A DNA stretch of 64,000 bases from an uncultured Actinomycetota bacterium (lineage in GTDB: Bacteria; Actinomycetota; Actinomycetes; Streptosporangiales; Streptosporangiaceae), in NCBI GenBank assembly GCA_963730085.1, contig CAVSQI010000012.1:14466-78465 (forward strand), in the 5' to 3' direction. Under the pieces are notes generated by a model that searched no databases, was not told the origin of the DNA, and saw only the letters and a program-made list of their open reading frames with translations. This document shows positions 10,112 to 21,621 of this stretch, piece by piece. The first letter of the stretch is position 1. Each line of letters opens with the position of its first letter. Both the position numbers and the translations under genes were made by a program.

Positions 10112-11199
10112 ATGCACCTTCGACGCAGAAGGCACGGAGCTACGGCCATCGTCGCCGTCAGCGGCTTGGCGGTATTTCTCGCCGCATGCTCGTCGTCGGG
10201 TACCCCGTCGTCGTCGTCGACCTCGGGCACGACGTCGGCGGCCCTGTCCGGCACGCTGAACGGGAGCGGATCGACCCTGCAGCTCGTGTACGAGCAGGCC
10301 GCGATCGCGGCCTTCAAGTCCGTCCAGTCCGGCATGACGGTCAACTACTCCGGCGTGGGCTCGGGCACGGGCCGCACGAACCTGGCGGCCAACACAGTGA
10401 ACTTCGCCGGCTCGGACTCGCCGATCCCATCCACCGAGCTGGCGGGCTTCAAGGGCAAGACGGTCCTGTACTTCCCGATTTTGATCGGCCCGATCTCGGT
10501 CGCGTACAACCTGCCCAGCGTTAGCAAGCAGATCCAGCTCACTCCCGACGGTCGATCGCGGATATCTTCCAGGGCAAGATCACGAAGTGGAACGACCCGG
10601 CGATCGCGGCGAGCAACCCAGGTGTCACGCTGCCGAGCACGGCCATCACGCTCGCCGTCCGGTCAGACTCGTCCGGTACGACGCAGAACTTCTCGCTGTT
10701 CCTCCAGACCGCCGTGGGGAGCGACTGGAAGCTTGGTAGCAGCTCCACCATCAGCTGGCCGTCCACTGCGCACGCGGGCAGCGGCAACTCGGGTGTGGCC
10801 TCCATCGTCAAGTCCACACCGGGCGCCATCGGGTACGTGGACCTTGCCACCGCCAAGGCGTCGTCGCTGACGTTTGCCTCGGTTAAGAACAAGGCCGGCA
10901 GCTACATCTCGCCATCGCCCGCGACGGCCACGGCCTCGGCGGCTACGGTCACCGTCAACCCAGACCTCACCTTCCACGCGGTCTGGGGCTCCGATCCCAC
11001 CGCCTACCCGATCACTGCCCAGTCGTGGGTGCTGGTGTACGCCAAGCAGCCGAACGCAACCGACGCAAAGCTGCTCAAGGCCTACATCGGCTACCTGGTC
11101 GGCAGCGGCCAGCAGCTGCTCACGTCGCTGAACTACGCGCCACTGCCCTCGAGCATCGACTCGATGGCCGTTGCCCAGCTCAGCAAGATCACCGGTTAA
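10112..11199 (+). CDS. pstS: phosphate ABC transporter substrate-binding protein PstS (frameshifted near 10550)
   Basis: RBS aaggag precedes ATG 10112, and a lipobox FLAACSS is present. NGSGSTLQ...YSGVGSGTG is in frame 1. IADIFQGKITKWNDP...RSDSSGTTQNF...GAIGYVDLA follow in frame 2. Confidence 0.9.
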
Positions 11200-11286
11200 T
11201 CTAGGAGAAGATGGCAAAGTAGCCAGATCGGATCGGCTCCTCGTGGTGAGAGGTGACATGTTCGCAGATCAGATCGGCTCGCCGTC

Positions 11287-12273
11287 GTGACGGCTGCGGC
11301 GCCGGCGGACCAGCCCGTGCGGGCTGAGTCCGTCGGCACGCTGTCGGCGAAGCGGCCGCTCGGCGACCGCAGCTTCCAGATCGTCGCGCTGGCCGCGGGC
11401 CTGCTGGTTCTCGTTATCCTCGTCCTGATCGCGGCCACGACGACCGATCAGGCCACGTCGTGGTTCTCCAAAGAGGGCATCACCGGGATCTTCTCCAAGA
11501 CGTGGGATCCCGCCGCTAACCAGTTCGGCGCCCTGACGTTCATCTTCGGCACTGCCGTGACCGCGGTCATCGCAGTTGTACTGTCGGTCCCGGTCAGCCT
11601 GGGCATCGCGCTGCTTTTGACCGAAGTCGTGCCGCGCCGGTTGGCGCGGCCGGTGGTATACGTCATCGACCTGCTGGCCGTCGTCCCGTCGGTGGTCTGG
11701 GGCCTGTGGGGATTCGTCGTTTTTGCACCCTGGCTGTTGAAGACCATCTACACGCCGGTCAGCAACTTCTTTACGGGCGTCCCGGTGTTGGGCAATCTGT
11801 TCGGGCCGCCGACCAGCGATGTGTCGTTCATGACGGCCGGCATCATCCTGGCCTTCATGATCACGCCGATCATCACGTCGCTGTCGCGCGAGGTGATCGC
11901 CACCGTGCCGACCATGGATCGGGAGGGCGCCTACGCACTGGGCGCCACCCGGCTGGAGATGATCCGCGGCGTCGTCATCCCGCATAGCCAGGGCGGCCTA
12001 GTCGGTGCCGTGCTGCTCGGGCTGGGCCGGGCGATGGGCGAGACGATCGCGGTGGCGCTCGTCATCGGCTCGTCGCCGACAATCACGTCGCACTTGTTCG
12101 CGCCGGGTTACAACATGCCCGCCGTTATCGCGAATCAGTTTGGCGAGGCCTCGGGCGTCTTCCGGGCTGCGCTGATGGGGATCGCCGTGTTGCTGTTCGT
12201 CTTCACGATCATCATCAACGTGGCCGCCCGCGGAATTGTTGGGCGTTCGGCCCGGAGAGCCGGAGGGGCCTGA
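11287..12273 (+). CDS. pstC: phosphate ABC transporter permease PstC
   Basis: Multi-TM permease with the EAA-like loop DREGAYALGATRLEMIRGVVIP. It sits between pstS and pstA. Confidence 0.9.
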   Translation: MTAAAPADQPVRAESVGTLSAKRPLGDRSFQIVALAAGLLVLVILVLIAATTTDQATSWFSKEGITGIFSKTWDPAANQFGALTFIFGTAVTAVIAVVLSVPVSLGIALLLTEVVPRRLARPVVYVIDLLAVVPSVVWGLWGFVVFAPWLLKTIYTPVSNFFTGVPVLGNLFGPPTSDVSFMTAGIILAFMITPIITSLSREVIATVPTMDREGAYALGATRLEMIRGVVIPHSQGGLVGAVLLGLGRAMGETIAVALVIGSSPTITSHLFAPGYNMPAVIANQFGEASGVFRAALMGIAVLLFVFTIIINVAARGIVGRSARRAGGA

Positions 12274-13169
12274 TGACTGCTGACACCGCGCAGCAGGCTA
12301 AGGCCGACCTGCGCGAGCCGGCTGGCTGGAGGCGAACGAAGAACCGGATCGCCACTTTCTTGATGGTGCTGTCGTTCATCGTCGTGATCATCCCGCTCGG
12401 CTTCGTCCTGTACACCGTCATCGCCAAGGGCGCCTCGATCATTAGCTGGCGATTCCTGACGAGCGACATCCCGCCGTTCGTACTGCCAGCGAGCTTCGGC
12501 GGGATCGGTCCGGCGGTGCTCGGCACGATTCTGATTACCGCGCTGGCGACCGTCATCGCCGTGCCGTTGGGCATCCTGGGCGCGATCTACCTCAACGAAT
12601 ACGGCGGCAAGGGGTTGCTCGGCCGTCTGATCGGGTTCATGTCCGACGTGATGACCGGCGTCCCGTCGATCGTCATGGGTCTCTTCATCTTCTCGATCTG
12701 GGTGATCCACTTCGGCTACTCGGGGCTCGCCGGAGCGTTCGCGCTCGGCTGCCTGATGCTGCCGATCGTGATCCGCTCTACCTACGAGATGCTGCGGCTG
12801 GTGCCGAATAGCCTGCGGGACGGCGCCTACGCGCTGGGAGCGAGCAAGACCCGGGTCACGATCACCGTCGTGCTGCCTGCGGCAGCCGGCGGCATCGTGA
12901 GCGGTTCGCTGCTGGCTGTCGCCAGAGCGGCAGGGGAGACGGCGCCGCTGCTGTTCACCATTCTCGGCGGGCTGACCACAGCGAACCCGAACGTGTTCAG
13001 CGGCGCCAACACCGCGCTGTCCTTGCTGATCTTCTCGAACGCGTCACAGCCGTATACCGGCGCTCAGGACCGCGGCTGGGGCGCCGCGCTCACCCTCGTT
13101 GCGATCGCCTTCATCCTTATGATTGTGGCTCGCCTGGTCACCGCCCGATTCAGCCGATACTCGCGCTAG
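12273..13169 (+). CDS. pstA: phosphate ABC transporter permease PstA
   Basis: Contains [24 protein letters not shown]. Its start overlaps the pstC stop. Confidence 0.9.
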   Translation: MTADTAQQAKADLREPAGWRRTKNRIATFLMVLSFIVVIIPLGFVLYTVIAKGASIISWRFLTSDIPPFVLPASFGGIGPAVLGTILITALATVIAVPLGILGAIYLNEYGGKGLLGRLIGFMSDVMTGVPSIVMGLFIFSIWVIHFGYSGLAGAFALGCLMLPIVIRSTYEMLRLVPNSLRDGAYALGASKTRVTITVVLPAAAGGIVSGSLLAVARAAGETAPLLFTILGGLTTANPNVFSGANTALSLLIFSNASQPYTGAQDRGWGAALTLVAIAFILMIVARLVTARFSRYSR

Positions 13170-13176
13170 GAACGTC

Positions 13177-14050
13177 ATGGAAGAGCCAGAGCAGACCGTC
13201 ACCAACCTCACGCGGCCCGCCTCGGCGTCTCAGCCGCCGCGAGAGTTTCCGGATGCGCCCATGGGCGAGCGCGTCTTCGACGTCCGGAACGTCTCGATCT
13301 GGTACGGAGCGTTCAAGGCTGTCACCGACGTCACGCTGCCCGTCCACGAGAACGAGATCACGGCGTTCATCGGTTCGTCCGGCAGCGGCAAGACGACGGT
13401 GCTGCGGTCCTTCAACCGGATGAACGACCTAATACCCGGCGCGCGCGTCGAAGGCGAGATGGACTATCGCGGGCAGCCACTCTACGCAAGCGACGTCTCG
13501 CCCGCAGCGGTGCGACGGCGGATCGGCATGGTCTTCCAGAAGCCGAACCCGTTCCCGAAGTCGATCTACGACAACGTCGCTTATGGCCCCCGCATCAACG
13601 GCGAGCGCAAGAGGGGCAGGCTGGACGAGATCGTGGAGCGGTCGCTCAAGCCGGGCGGCTCTCTGGGACGAGGTGAAGAACCGGCTCAAGACGTCGGGCC
13701 TGAGCCTGTCGGGCGGACAGGCTCAGCGACTGTGCATCGCCCGCACGATCGCCGTCGAACCTGACGTGGTGCTCATGGACGAGCCGGCGTCGGCGCTCGA
13801 CCCGATCGCGACCGGCGCCATCGAGGAACTGATGCACGAGCTTAAGTCGCAGTACACGATCGTCATCGTGACGCACAACATGCAGCAGGCCACCCGCGTC
13901 AGCGACCGCACGGCATTCTTCTCGGTGCTGACCGACAGCGATGACGACACCCGTACGGGCGTCCTCGTCGAATACGGCCGGACTGAGCAGATATTCCAGG
14001 ACCCGAGAGATCCGAGGACCCAGGCGTACGTGAGCGGCCGGATGGGCTGA
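13177..14050 (+). CDS. pstB: phosphate ABC transporter ATP-binding protein PstB (frameshifted near 13650)
   Basis: Walker [10 protein letters not shown] is in frame 1. The signature [13 protein letters not shown], Walker [13 protein letters not shown] and VTHNMQQA are in frame 2. Confidence 0.9.
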
Positions 14051-14094
14051 CCTGACGCGCGCAAGCGCGGTCCCGTTGCGGAGACCGCAATCGG

Positions 14095-14739
14095 TCAGCC
14101 TAGATTGTGGGTGCCCGCCAGATAGATCACCCGTCGGGCGATGTTCACGGCGTGGTCGCCGAGACGCTCGTAGAAGTGCGCCACCAGGGTTATCTCCATC
14201 GTCACCGCCAGGGCCATGCCGCCCGAAGCCAGTTCGGCGATGAGGCTGGCGTACAGATCGTCCATCTCGTCGTCGCGCTCCTCCAGCGTCGCTGCCGCTG
14301 ACCGGTCGCGCTGGTACCAGGAGTCGGCTGCCTGCCGCCACATCTCGGACGACAGCTCGCCCATCCTCGCGACCAGCCCCTGGCAGCGCGGCGAGAGGTC
14401 CCCACCGAGAACGTGGTTCGCCCGCGACACGATTTGCATCACGAGGTCGTGGGTGCGCTCGAGCTCAGGCACGATTCGCAGCACGGAGAGCAAGAACCGC
14501 AGGTCGGCGGCGACGGGCGACTGCAAGAGGATCTCGCGGTTGACCAGATTCTCGATCTCCAGGTAGAGCGCATCGATGGCCCGCTCGCGCTCGGTCAGGA
14601 CCTGTATGACTTCGGTGTTGCCAGTCAGCAATGCTTGCGTGGCGCCGGGCAGGTCTTCGGCGACCATGGCGAACAGCTCGATGACCTTGCCTTCAATCGT
14701 CTCGAGGTCGTGCTGAAATTCCTGCCGGTTCTCGACCAT
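14095..14739 (-). CDS. phoU: phosphate signaling complex protein PhoU
   Basis: Contains two PhoU repeats (ERAIDALYLEIENL...; ELERTHDLVMQI...; FYERLGDHAVNIARRV). It is convergent with pstB. Confidence 0.9.
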   Translation of the reverse strand: MVENRQEFQHDLETIEGKVIELFAMVAEDLPGATQALLTGNTEVIQVLTERERAIDALYLEIENLVNREILLQSPVAADLRFLLSVLRIVPELERTHDLVMQIVSRANHVLGGDLSPRCQGLVARMGELSSEMWRQAADSWYQRDRSAAATLEERDDEMDDLYASLIAELASGGMALAVTMEITLVAHFYERLGDHAVNIARRVIYLAGTHNLG

Positions 14740-14826
14740 GAGGCAAAGTTACTGTCGGTCGTCGGAGTTTTCCAAGCGGCGGCGCGCGGCGCAGTTCGGC
14801 CCAGGTCGGTGGTGGTTGCCCGGAGC

Positions 14827-15159
14827 TCAGCCGCGTGGTGCGAAGTAGATGATGCCGACGCCGACAAGCACTACTGCGGCGCCGACGACGTCCCATCGAT
14901 CAGGCCGCATGCCGTCGAAACCCCAGCCCCACAGCAGAGACGCCACTACGAAGACGCCACCGTAGGCGGCGTAGATGCGGCCGAAGTCGTGGCTGCGCTG
15001 AAGTGTCGGGATGATTCCGTAGCCGACCAGGATGATCGCGCCGAGCACGCCGAGGACGACGGGCGCGCCCTCGCGCAGCCAGCGCCAGATCAGGTAGCCG
15101 CCGCCGATCTCGGCGAGGCCGGCAGCGATGAACAGCCCGATTGAGCGAGCGACGGTCAT
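14827..15159 (-). CDS. YnfA (UPF0060) family small membrane protein
   Basis: 110-aa protein with IAAGLAEIGGGYLIWRWLREG...GRIYAAYGGVFVVASLLWGW, typical of UPF0060. Confidence 0.8.
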   Translation of the reverse strand: MTVARSIGLFIAAGLAEIGGGYLIWRWLREGAPVVLGVLGAIILVGYGIIPTLQRSHDFGRIYAAYGGVFVVASLLWGWGFDGMRPDRWDVVGAAVVLVGVGIIYFAPRG

Positions 15160-15201
15160 GCGCTGACTCTTACGCGCCGATTGGTGCGGCGAGCCACGCG
15201 G

Positions 15202-15453
15202 TCAGGCCGCGCCGCGGCGGGGCTTGCCATGACGGAGCCGCGCGCGCAGCCTCAGTACAGCTCCGGGGAGGAATGATCCGATGACCGCGCATGTCGCGCT
15301 GATCAGCGCGACATAGCCGCCGCGCCCGTCGCCCACGTGGTCGCCGAACCAGGCCCCCGCGGCCGCGCACACAACCACGGTGCCGACGATCCAGGAGGTC
15401 AGGCGCTGGTGCCGCACGCACACATCCTGACATCCCTGGCCTGCGGCAGTCAC
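15202..15453 (-). CDS. hypothetical small membrane protein
   Basis: 83-aa ORF with two hydrophobic segments. No recognisable motif, so the call is weak. Confidence 0.25.
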   Translation of the reverse strand: MTAAGQGCQDVCVRHQRLTSWIVGTVVVCAAAGAWFGDHVGDGRGGYVALISATCAVIGSFLPGAVLRLRARLRHGKPRRGAA

Positions 15454-15475
15454 CTCGGCTGCCTACCCTGGGCAC

Positions 15476-16660
15476 GTGACCTCTGACACGCCCGCGCACG
15501 AACTGCTCCGCAGGTTCCCCGTCTTTGACGGGCACAACGATCTCGCCTGGGCTCTGCGCGAGGCTACCTCGCGCGACCCGACCAAAGTTGATATCTCGCT
15601 GCCTGTCGATTTCACGCACACCGATCTACCGCGTCTCGCCCAGGGCCAGGTAGGCGCTCAGTTCTGGTCAGTCTTCGTGCCGGCGCAGCTGCAGGGTGAG
15701 TCGGCAGTTACAACAACCCTGGAGCAGATCGACCTGGTGCATCAGCTCGCCGCTCAGTATCCGGGCGCGCTGCAGCTTGCAGCCACTTCCGCGGACGTGC
15801 AGCGGATCATGGATTCGGGCCGGGTGGCCTCGCTGCTCGGCGCCGAGGGTGGTCATTCGATCGCGGGTTCGCTGGGTGTGCTCCGGTCCCTCTACCTGCT
15901 GGGCGTCCGGTACCTGACCCTCACGCACAACTTGAGCCTGCCCTGGGCTGATTCGGCGACCGACGAACCGGTAGCCGGCGGCCTTAGCGCATTCGGGCGC
16001 GAGGTTGTCAGGGAGATGCAGCGGCTCGGAATGCTGGTCGACCTCTCACACGTGGCGCCGACGACGATGAACGAGGCCCTGGACATCGCCGAGGCGCCGG
16101 TCATCTTCTCCCACTCCTCGGCCTTCGCCGTATGCGATCATCCGCGGAACGTTCCCGACGCCATCTTGGCCAGACTGGCGAGCAACGGCGGCGTGTGCAT
16201 GATCACCTTCGTGCCGGCCTTCGTGGCGCAGCGCTGCCGGGACTGGGAGCTGGAACTGGCTGCCGAAATGGACCGGCAGGGCCTCGATTATCGCGACCTC
16301 GCCCACCGCAAGCAGATCAGGGCGGATTGGATGGCCGAGCACCCGCGTCCGAAAGCCGCGATCGCCGACGTGGTGGTCCACCTCGAGCATGCCCGCGAGG
16401 TCGCGGGGGTCGATCACATCGGCCTCGGCGGCGACTACGACGGGGTCGACGAGCTCCCAGTCGGCCTGGAGGACGTGTCCTGCTATCCGGCGCTCATCGA
16501 AGCACTACTCGCGCGCGGCTGGTCTGAGTCCGATTGCGGCAAGCTGGCGAACGGCAACATCCTTCGGGTCATGCGGGACGCCGAGACAGCGGCCGGTGTC
16601 CTCCAGAGCCGCCGCGAACCGTCCACGGCCACCATGGCGGGCGTAGCCGACGAGAACTGA
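15476..16660 (+). CDS. membrane dipeptidase (peptidase M19)
   Basis: Contains FPVFDGHNDLAWALRE...GAEGGHSI...YLTLTHN...DLSHV...IFSHSSA...GLGGDYDG. Confidence 0.85.
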   Translation: MTSDTPAHELLRRFPVFDGHNDLAWALREATSRDPTKVDISLPVDFTHTDLPRLAQGQVGAQFWSVFVPAQLQGESAVTTTLEQIDLVHQLAAQYPGALQLAATSADVQRIMDSGRVASLLGAEGGHSIAGSLGVLRSLYLLGVRYLTLTHNLSLPWADSATDEPVAGGLSAFGREVVREMQRLGMLVDLSHVAPTTMNEALDIAEAPVIFSHSSAFAVCDHPRNVPDAILARLASNGGVCMITFVPAFVAQRCRDWELELAAEMDRQGLDYRDLAHRKQIRADWMAEHPRPKAAIADVVVHLEHAREVAGVDHIGLGGDYDGVDELPVGLEDVSCYPALIEALLARGWSESDCGKLANGNILRVMRDAETAAGVLQSRREPSTATMAGVADEN

Positions 16661-16702
16661 CGGCTGGCGCCGCCGACTGCCGCGGCGCGGTGACGACCGG
16701 CG

Positions 16703-17449
16703 TCAGCTGAACTTCGTGTGGGGCCGCCGCTGCGGCACGCCATCGACGAACACGTCAACCCTCTCGTCGTAGAAGGCAGCCAGGCCGGCGATCTTCTGGC
16801 TCTCTGGCAGCGGGGCCCGATAGATCCACACGACGTCCTCGTGAACGCTCGTGCCGGTGTCAACCGACCAGTAGCTAGCCGCTCCCTTGTAGGGGCAGTG
16901 ACTTTGGCTTTCCGACGGCCGCAGCAACTCGGTCCGGATGTCAGTCAGCGGGAGGTAATACCTGGGCGGCAAGCCGGTTTCGAACAGGATTCGCGGGCTT
17001 CGTGAGTCGGCGACCGTCACGCCATCGATCTCCACGCGCACGTGCCGGGAGCTGGCGAGGATGTCGACCCGCGTGTGCGGGTCCCTGGGGTGCGTGTAGA
17101 CAGGCTCATCTTCCTCTAGCCATTCGCTCATGGCGCTCCACTCAAAGCGGACTGCGTCGTTGAGCTGGCGGGCCGGGCTGGACGGATACCGACGAGCAGC
17201 CCGGTCGGCCGTCGCCCCGCCGGGAACCTCGACCGTCAAGACCTCGGCTTCGCCCAGGAGCTTGCTGGTGTCGACGCCAGCCGGAATGAGCTTGGCGTGG
17301 ACATCCGCGCCCGGAATGTAGTACGTCGGGTAATAAGGCACTTCCCATACCAGTAGCGGACTAGTTGTATCCGCGACCAGCTCCCCGGCTAGCAGGATGC
17401 GCACTCGCTTGCGGCTGTGCTCCACCCGGACATCGTGTGCTGCGGTCAT
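16703..17449 (-). CDS. DUF427 domain-containing protein (two tandem DUF427 repeats)
   Basis: The N-terminal repeat has VRILLAGELVADTTSPLLVWEVPYYPTYYIP and the C-terminal repeat has CPYKGAASYWSV... Confidence 0.7.
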   Translation of the reverse strand: MTAAHDVRVEHSRKRVRILLAGELVADTTSPLLVWEVPYYPTYYIPGADVHAKLIPAGVDTSKLLGEAEVLTVEVPGGATADRAARRYPSSPARQLNDAVRFEWSAMSEWLEEDEPVYTHPRDPHTRVDILASSRHVRVEIDGVTVADSRSPRILFETGLPPRYYLPLTDIRTELLRPSESQSHCPYKGAASYWSVDTGTSVHEDVVWIYRAPLPESQKIAGLAAFYDERVDVFVDGVPQRRPHTKFS

Positions 17450-17586
17450 AGTCGCCTCCCGAGCCGCTATCAGTGCCTGAGACAGCGCTGACTAGGGGCC
17501 CAGATGTTCCCGGGTTATCGGGCCGGACGGGAATCCCGTCGGTTGCACGATGTCCTAGCCGATCGGCGCCAGGTAGCGTCTGAGGT

Positions 17587-18516
17587 ATGCGACTTGGCGT
17601 CCTAGATGTGGGTTCGAACACAGTGCACCTGCTCGTCGTCGATGCCCACCAAGGCGGCAGGCCGCTGCCTGCCTTCTCGCACAAGGCCGAATTGCGGCTG
17701 GGGGAGAACCTGGACGAGTCCAACCGGCTTAGCGATAGCTGCGCGCAGCGGCTTCGGGACTTCGTGCAGGAAGCCCTGCAAATCGCCGAAGACAAAGGCG
17801 TGAGCGAAATAGTGGCGTTCGCGACGTCGGCCGTCCGCGACGCGGCGAATGCGGACGAGCTGCTGGCCCAGATCGAGGCCGAAACCAACGTGCCGATCAG
17901 AGTCCTGCCCGGCTCGGACGAGGCCCGGCTGACGTTCCTGGCCGCGAGGCGCTGGTTCGGCTGGTCCTCGGGCCGGCTCCTCCTGCTCGACATCGGCGGC
18001 GGCTCGCTGGAGATCGCCACCGGCCTTGACGAGGAACCCGAGACGGCCGCGTCGCTGCCACTCGGAGCCGGGCGGCTCACTCGGGACTGGCTGCCAGGCG
18101 ACCCACCGACGGCGGACGCCGTTCGCCGGCTTCGCAGGCACGTCCGCGCCGAGATCGCGACGATGGCCGGCCCGCTGCTACGGAACGGCCCGCCCAATCA
18201 CGCGGTGGCCACCTCCAAGACGTTCCGACAGCTCGCGCGCGCGGCCGGAGCCGCGGCATCCGGCGAGGGTCAATACGTGCGGCGCGTGCTCAAGCACACC
18301 GACGTCATCGCGCTGGCCGAGCGGTTGCCACAGCTCACGAGGGCGGAGCGGGAGGAACTGCCCGGCGTGTCGGTCGGCCGTGCGCACCAGCTCGCGGCCG
18401 GCGCCATGGTCGCGGATGCAGCGATGGACCTGCTCGGCCTACCGGTTCTGGAGATCTGCCCGTGGGCACTGCGCGAGGGCGTCATCCTGCGGCAACTGGA
18501 CCTGCTGCCGTCTTGA
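17587..18516 (+). CDS. Ppx/GppA family phosphatase (exopolyphosphatase-like)
   Basis: Contains [18 protein letters not shown]...[13 protein letters not shown]...[13 protein letters not shown]. Confidence 0.85.
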   Translation: MRLGVLDVGSNTVHLLVVDAHQGGRPLPAFSHKAELRLGENLDESNRLSDSCAQRLRDFVQEALQIAEDKGVSEIVAFATSAVRDAANADELLAQIEAETNVPIRVLPGSDEARLTFLAARRWFGWSSGRLLLLDIGGGSLEIATGLDEEPETAASLPLGAGRLTRDWLPGDPPTADAVRRLRRHVRAEIATMAGPLLRNGPPNHAVATSKTFRQLARAAGAAASGEGQYVRRVLKHTDVIALAERLPQLTRAEREELPGVSVGRAHQLAAGAMVADAAMDLLGLPVLEICPWALREGVILRQLDLLPS

Positions 18517-18525
18517 CTGCCGGCG

Positions 18526-18798
18526 CTAGCTGCCGACCTTCGTCGCCTCGGCGAGTATGCCGGTAATGGCGGCGACTGCCTCCGCCGCGTCCGGGCCGGT
18601 CGCGCGCACGGTTACCACCTGTCCGCTGGTCGCGCCGATGCCCATGACGCTCAGCACGCTCTTGGCGTCGGCTGTGCGCTCGGCGGCAGCGAGCTCGATG
18701 GACGACTTGAACCTTGCGGCCGCGATCGCTAGCGATCCGGCCGGCCGGGCGTGCAGGTCACCGGCCAGCGTGATCGACGCCTCAGAGCTTGCGTGCAT
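18526..18798 (-). CDS. HPr-family phosphocarrier domain protein (DhaM HPr module)
   Basis: Contains ITLAGDLHARPAGSLAIAAARFKS...DAKSVLSVMGIGATSGQVVTVRATGPDA. The phospho-His context (LHARPA) is present. The start may lie at 18846. Confidence 0.7.
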   Translation of the reverse strand: MHASSEASITLAGDLHARPAGSLAIAAARFKSSIELAAAERTADAKSVLSVMGIGATSGQVVTVRATGPDAAEAVAAITGILAEATKVGS

Positions 18799-19187
18799 GC
18801 CGTGCCTCTTCGGCCGCGCGGGCAACTGCCTTGACGTCGCCGCCAACGGCGGCTGCGATCGCTGCGGCGACGGCGCCCTCGACGAACGGCGCGTCCGCGA
18901 CGGCGAGCGGATCCGGAACGCCCTCCCCGTCGGCCAGCAGCGCCCGGACCGTCAGGACCGAACTGCCGAGATCCGGCAGCACGACGACGCCCGCGCCACG
19001 ATCGGCCGCAGCGAGCGCCTGGCGGATCTTGCCAATGCTCGTGCCCAGGCCGCCCGTCGTCGGTGCCGCCGGCGGGCACGATGGCAACCTCGCCGCCGCC
19101 GACCTGGCTCGCGAGCTCCGCAGTCCCGGCCGCGAGCGCGGCACTGTGCGACACGAGCACGATCCCCACCCGCTCGACTTCGCTCAT
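18782..19187 (-). CDS. dhaM: dihydroxyacetone kinase phosphotransfer subunit DhaM, EIIA(Man)-like domain (frameshifted near 19053)
   Basis: VGIVLVSHSAALAAGTAELASQV...IVPAGGTDDG is in one frame. GLGTSIGKIRQAL...VVVLPDLGSSVLT is in the next. Confidence 0.7.
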
Positions 19188-19228
19188 GGCCTATCCTGAA
19201 TACTGTTCGACATTACCGAAAGGCCTCC

Positions 19229-20011
19229 ATGATTCAGTCGGTGGAACGGGCCGCGGCGATCCTGACCGCGCTTGGATCGGGGACACCACGGCTGGGCGTG
19301 ACCGAGATCGCCGACCGAGTGGGGCTGGCCAAGCCGACCGTCTACGGGCTGCTGCGGACGCTGGAGAAGCACGACCTCGTCGCGCAGGATCCCGATACGG
19401 GCAAGTACAGCCTCGGGCCCGGCGTGCTCCAGCTGGGCAATGCGTTCCTCGACGGCTCGGAGCTGCGGGCCCGGTCGCTGCTGTGGGCTGAGGCCCTGGC
19501 CCAGCGGGCGGGGGAGGCCGTATGGGTGGCGACACTGTCCGGTTCGCGGGTCATCGTTCTGCACCACGTGTTCCGCCCCGACAACACGGTTCAGATCCTC
19601 GAGGTAGGCGCCGCGATCCCGTGGCATGCGTGCGCGCTCGGCCACGCAATCGCGGCGAACCTGCCGCAGACCAGCTGCGCGCGTCTGCTGGCCGCCGATC
19701 TGACGCCGCTGACCGGCCGGACGAAGACGACCCGGGCCGCACTCAGCCGGGCCCTGGCCCAGGTACGCAAGCAGGGCTACGCGATCGAAGACCAGGAGGC
19801 GACCGTCGGCGACGCCGGCATTGCCGCTCCGATCGTCAACCGTGAAGGCACGGTCGCCGGCTCGATCGGCGTGGTCGGCCCGGCCGAGCGGCTGCTGGCC
19901 GGCGCGGTGCGGGACGAGCTGGCCAGGGCAGTGACCGAGTCGGCCCGCAGCATTTCCCGCGATCTCGGGGCCGGCCGCGGCGGGGGTGCGGCGCTGACGG
20001 CTCTCAGCTGA
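19229..20011 (+). CDS. IclR family transcriptional regulator
   Basis: Contains MIQSVERAAAILTALGSGTPRLGVTEIADRVGLAKPTVYGLLRTLEKHDLV...GYAIEDQEATVGDAGIAAPI. It is the 3' third of the spurious 484-aa ORF 18557..20011. Confidence 0.85.
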   Translation: MIQSVERAAAILTALGSGTPRLGVTEIADRVGLAKPTVYGLLRTLEKHDLVAQDPDTGKYSLGPGVLQLGNAFLDGSELRARSLLWAEALAQRAGEAVWVATLSGSRVIVLHHVFRPDNTVQILEVGAAIPWHACALGHAIAANLPQTSCARLLAADLTPLTGRTKTTRAALSRALAQVRKQGYAIEDQEATVGDAGIAAPIVNREGTVAGSIGVVGPAERLLAGAVRDELARAVTESARSISRDLGAGRGGGAALTALS

Positions 20012-21621
20012 GGTCAGCACCGTGCACCAGCTCCCAGTTTTCCTGCGCCGATGTTGACGTCAGCGCCTTGGCGGCGATGGCCGCGCAGGCTGCGGCGTCG
20101 AGCGTGCCGATCCACTCGCGGACCCGGCTCACGCTGGCGGCGGGCACGCTTACCACCCGGACGCCGAGGCCGATCAGCAGCGGCAGGACCCGTGGGTCCG
20201 CTGCCGAGTCGCCGCAGACCGAGACCGAGATCTTGGCCGCCGCGGCGGCGTCGGTGACGTGCTTGACGAGCTGCAGAACGCGCGGATCGGCGGCGAGGCC
20301 CGGGCCGGCCGACGGATCCAGCCGATCGAGTCCGAGCACCTGCCCGGCCAGATCGTTCGTGCCGATGGAGAAGAAGTCCACGTCGCCGGCGAAACTCTCC
20401 GCCGTGGCAGCCGTCGTCGCCAGTTCGACCATGATCCCGAGCCGGGGCGCCGGCACCGCCAGCTCGGCCGCGATCGCGTCGATGGCGTCCCGTACGGCGG
20501 TGACCTCAGCCAGCGCGCTCACCATCGGGATGAGAATGGCCAGCTCGGCATCCGCGCCGGCGGTAAGCGCCACTCGCAGCTGATCAGCGAGCGCAGCCGG
20601 GTGAGCCAGGAGCTCGGCCAGGCCAGCGTCGGCCCGGCGCCAGAAACGGCGGGACCTTGTCGCCAGAGAAGTCCAGCAGCCGGACCGTTGCCGGGCGTCC
20701 GCGCAGCATCGACAGTATCGGCGCGAGCTGCCGCTCGTGCTGCTCGGCGGTGGGCCACGCGGTCGCACCCGTAAACGGGATCTCCGTCCGCAAAAGCCCG
20801 ACGCCCGCAGCGCCTTCGGCCAGGCCGCGCCGCGTCTCGGCGGCGGAGGCGACATTGCACAAGATCACTATCTGGGAGCCGTCGGCGGTTCGTGCCGCCG
20901 TGGAACCCGGGCGCGGCCCCGTTCCCGTCTTGATCGGGGCGCGCGCCAGGACCTCCGCGCTTGGCTCGACCGTCAGCTCACCGGCGACGCAGTCCAGGAG
21001 CGCTGCCTGGCCGTCAGTCGCGGCCAGGACCGCATCGTCCACGCCGGTGAGCATCGGCACGCCGAGTCCGCGCGCGATGATGGCGGCGTGCGAGCTGGCG
21101 CCGCCCGCTACCGAGACGGCCCCCACCAGGCCGGCATCCGCTAGCTCGATGAGGTCCGCTGCCGCCACTTCGCGACGCACCAGGATGAAGTCCCCGGTCG
21201 GCGGCTCCGGCGTGCCGCCAGCCAGCTGCTCGAGGACGGCTCGCGCGATCTGGCGGACGTCGCCGGCGCGCTCGGCCAGTTCCGGGCTGTCAAGACTGGC
21301 CAGCACCGTGGCCTGTGCCTCGGCGGCCGCCGATACGGCCGTGACCGCGTCGGTTCCGGCCCGGACGGCGTCCACGGCCGGACCGACCAGGACTGGATCT
21401 GCCGCGATGAGGGCCGCAACCGCGACGATGTCCGCCTCCTGCGCTCGGCCCTGAGATCGCAGCTGCCCGGCCAGCGCGTCTCTGTCGGCGGCGACCGCGG
21501 CAAAGGCGGCGGCCACTTCCTCGGCGGTGGCGCCAGCGCGGGCGGTTACGTCCGCAAGGAAGAGGACGCCGACCGCCGTGCCGTCGGAGACGGCCGTTCC
21601 GGGGAATCGCGACGACGTCAT
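20004..21621 (-). CDS. PEP-utilizing Enzyme I-like protein (PtsI/DhaM EI module; frameshifted near 20635)
   Basis: The N-terminal part has GGASSHAAIIARGLGVPMLTG (phospho-His). The C-terminal part, in another frame, has DFFSIGTNDLAGQVLGLDR...VSVCGDSAADP. The start overlaps the dhaL stop. Confidence 0.8.

Noticed and set aside
18557-19228. N-terminal 224 codons of the 484-aa ORF 18557..20011
   Set aside because: This part is antisense to the HPr and EIIA modules and has no protein-like features. The IclR protein starts at the internal ATG 19229 (MIQSVERAAAIL).
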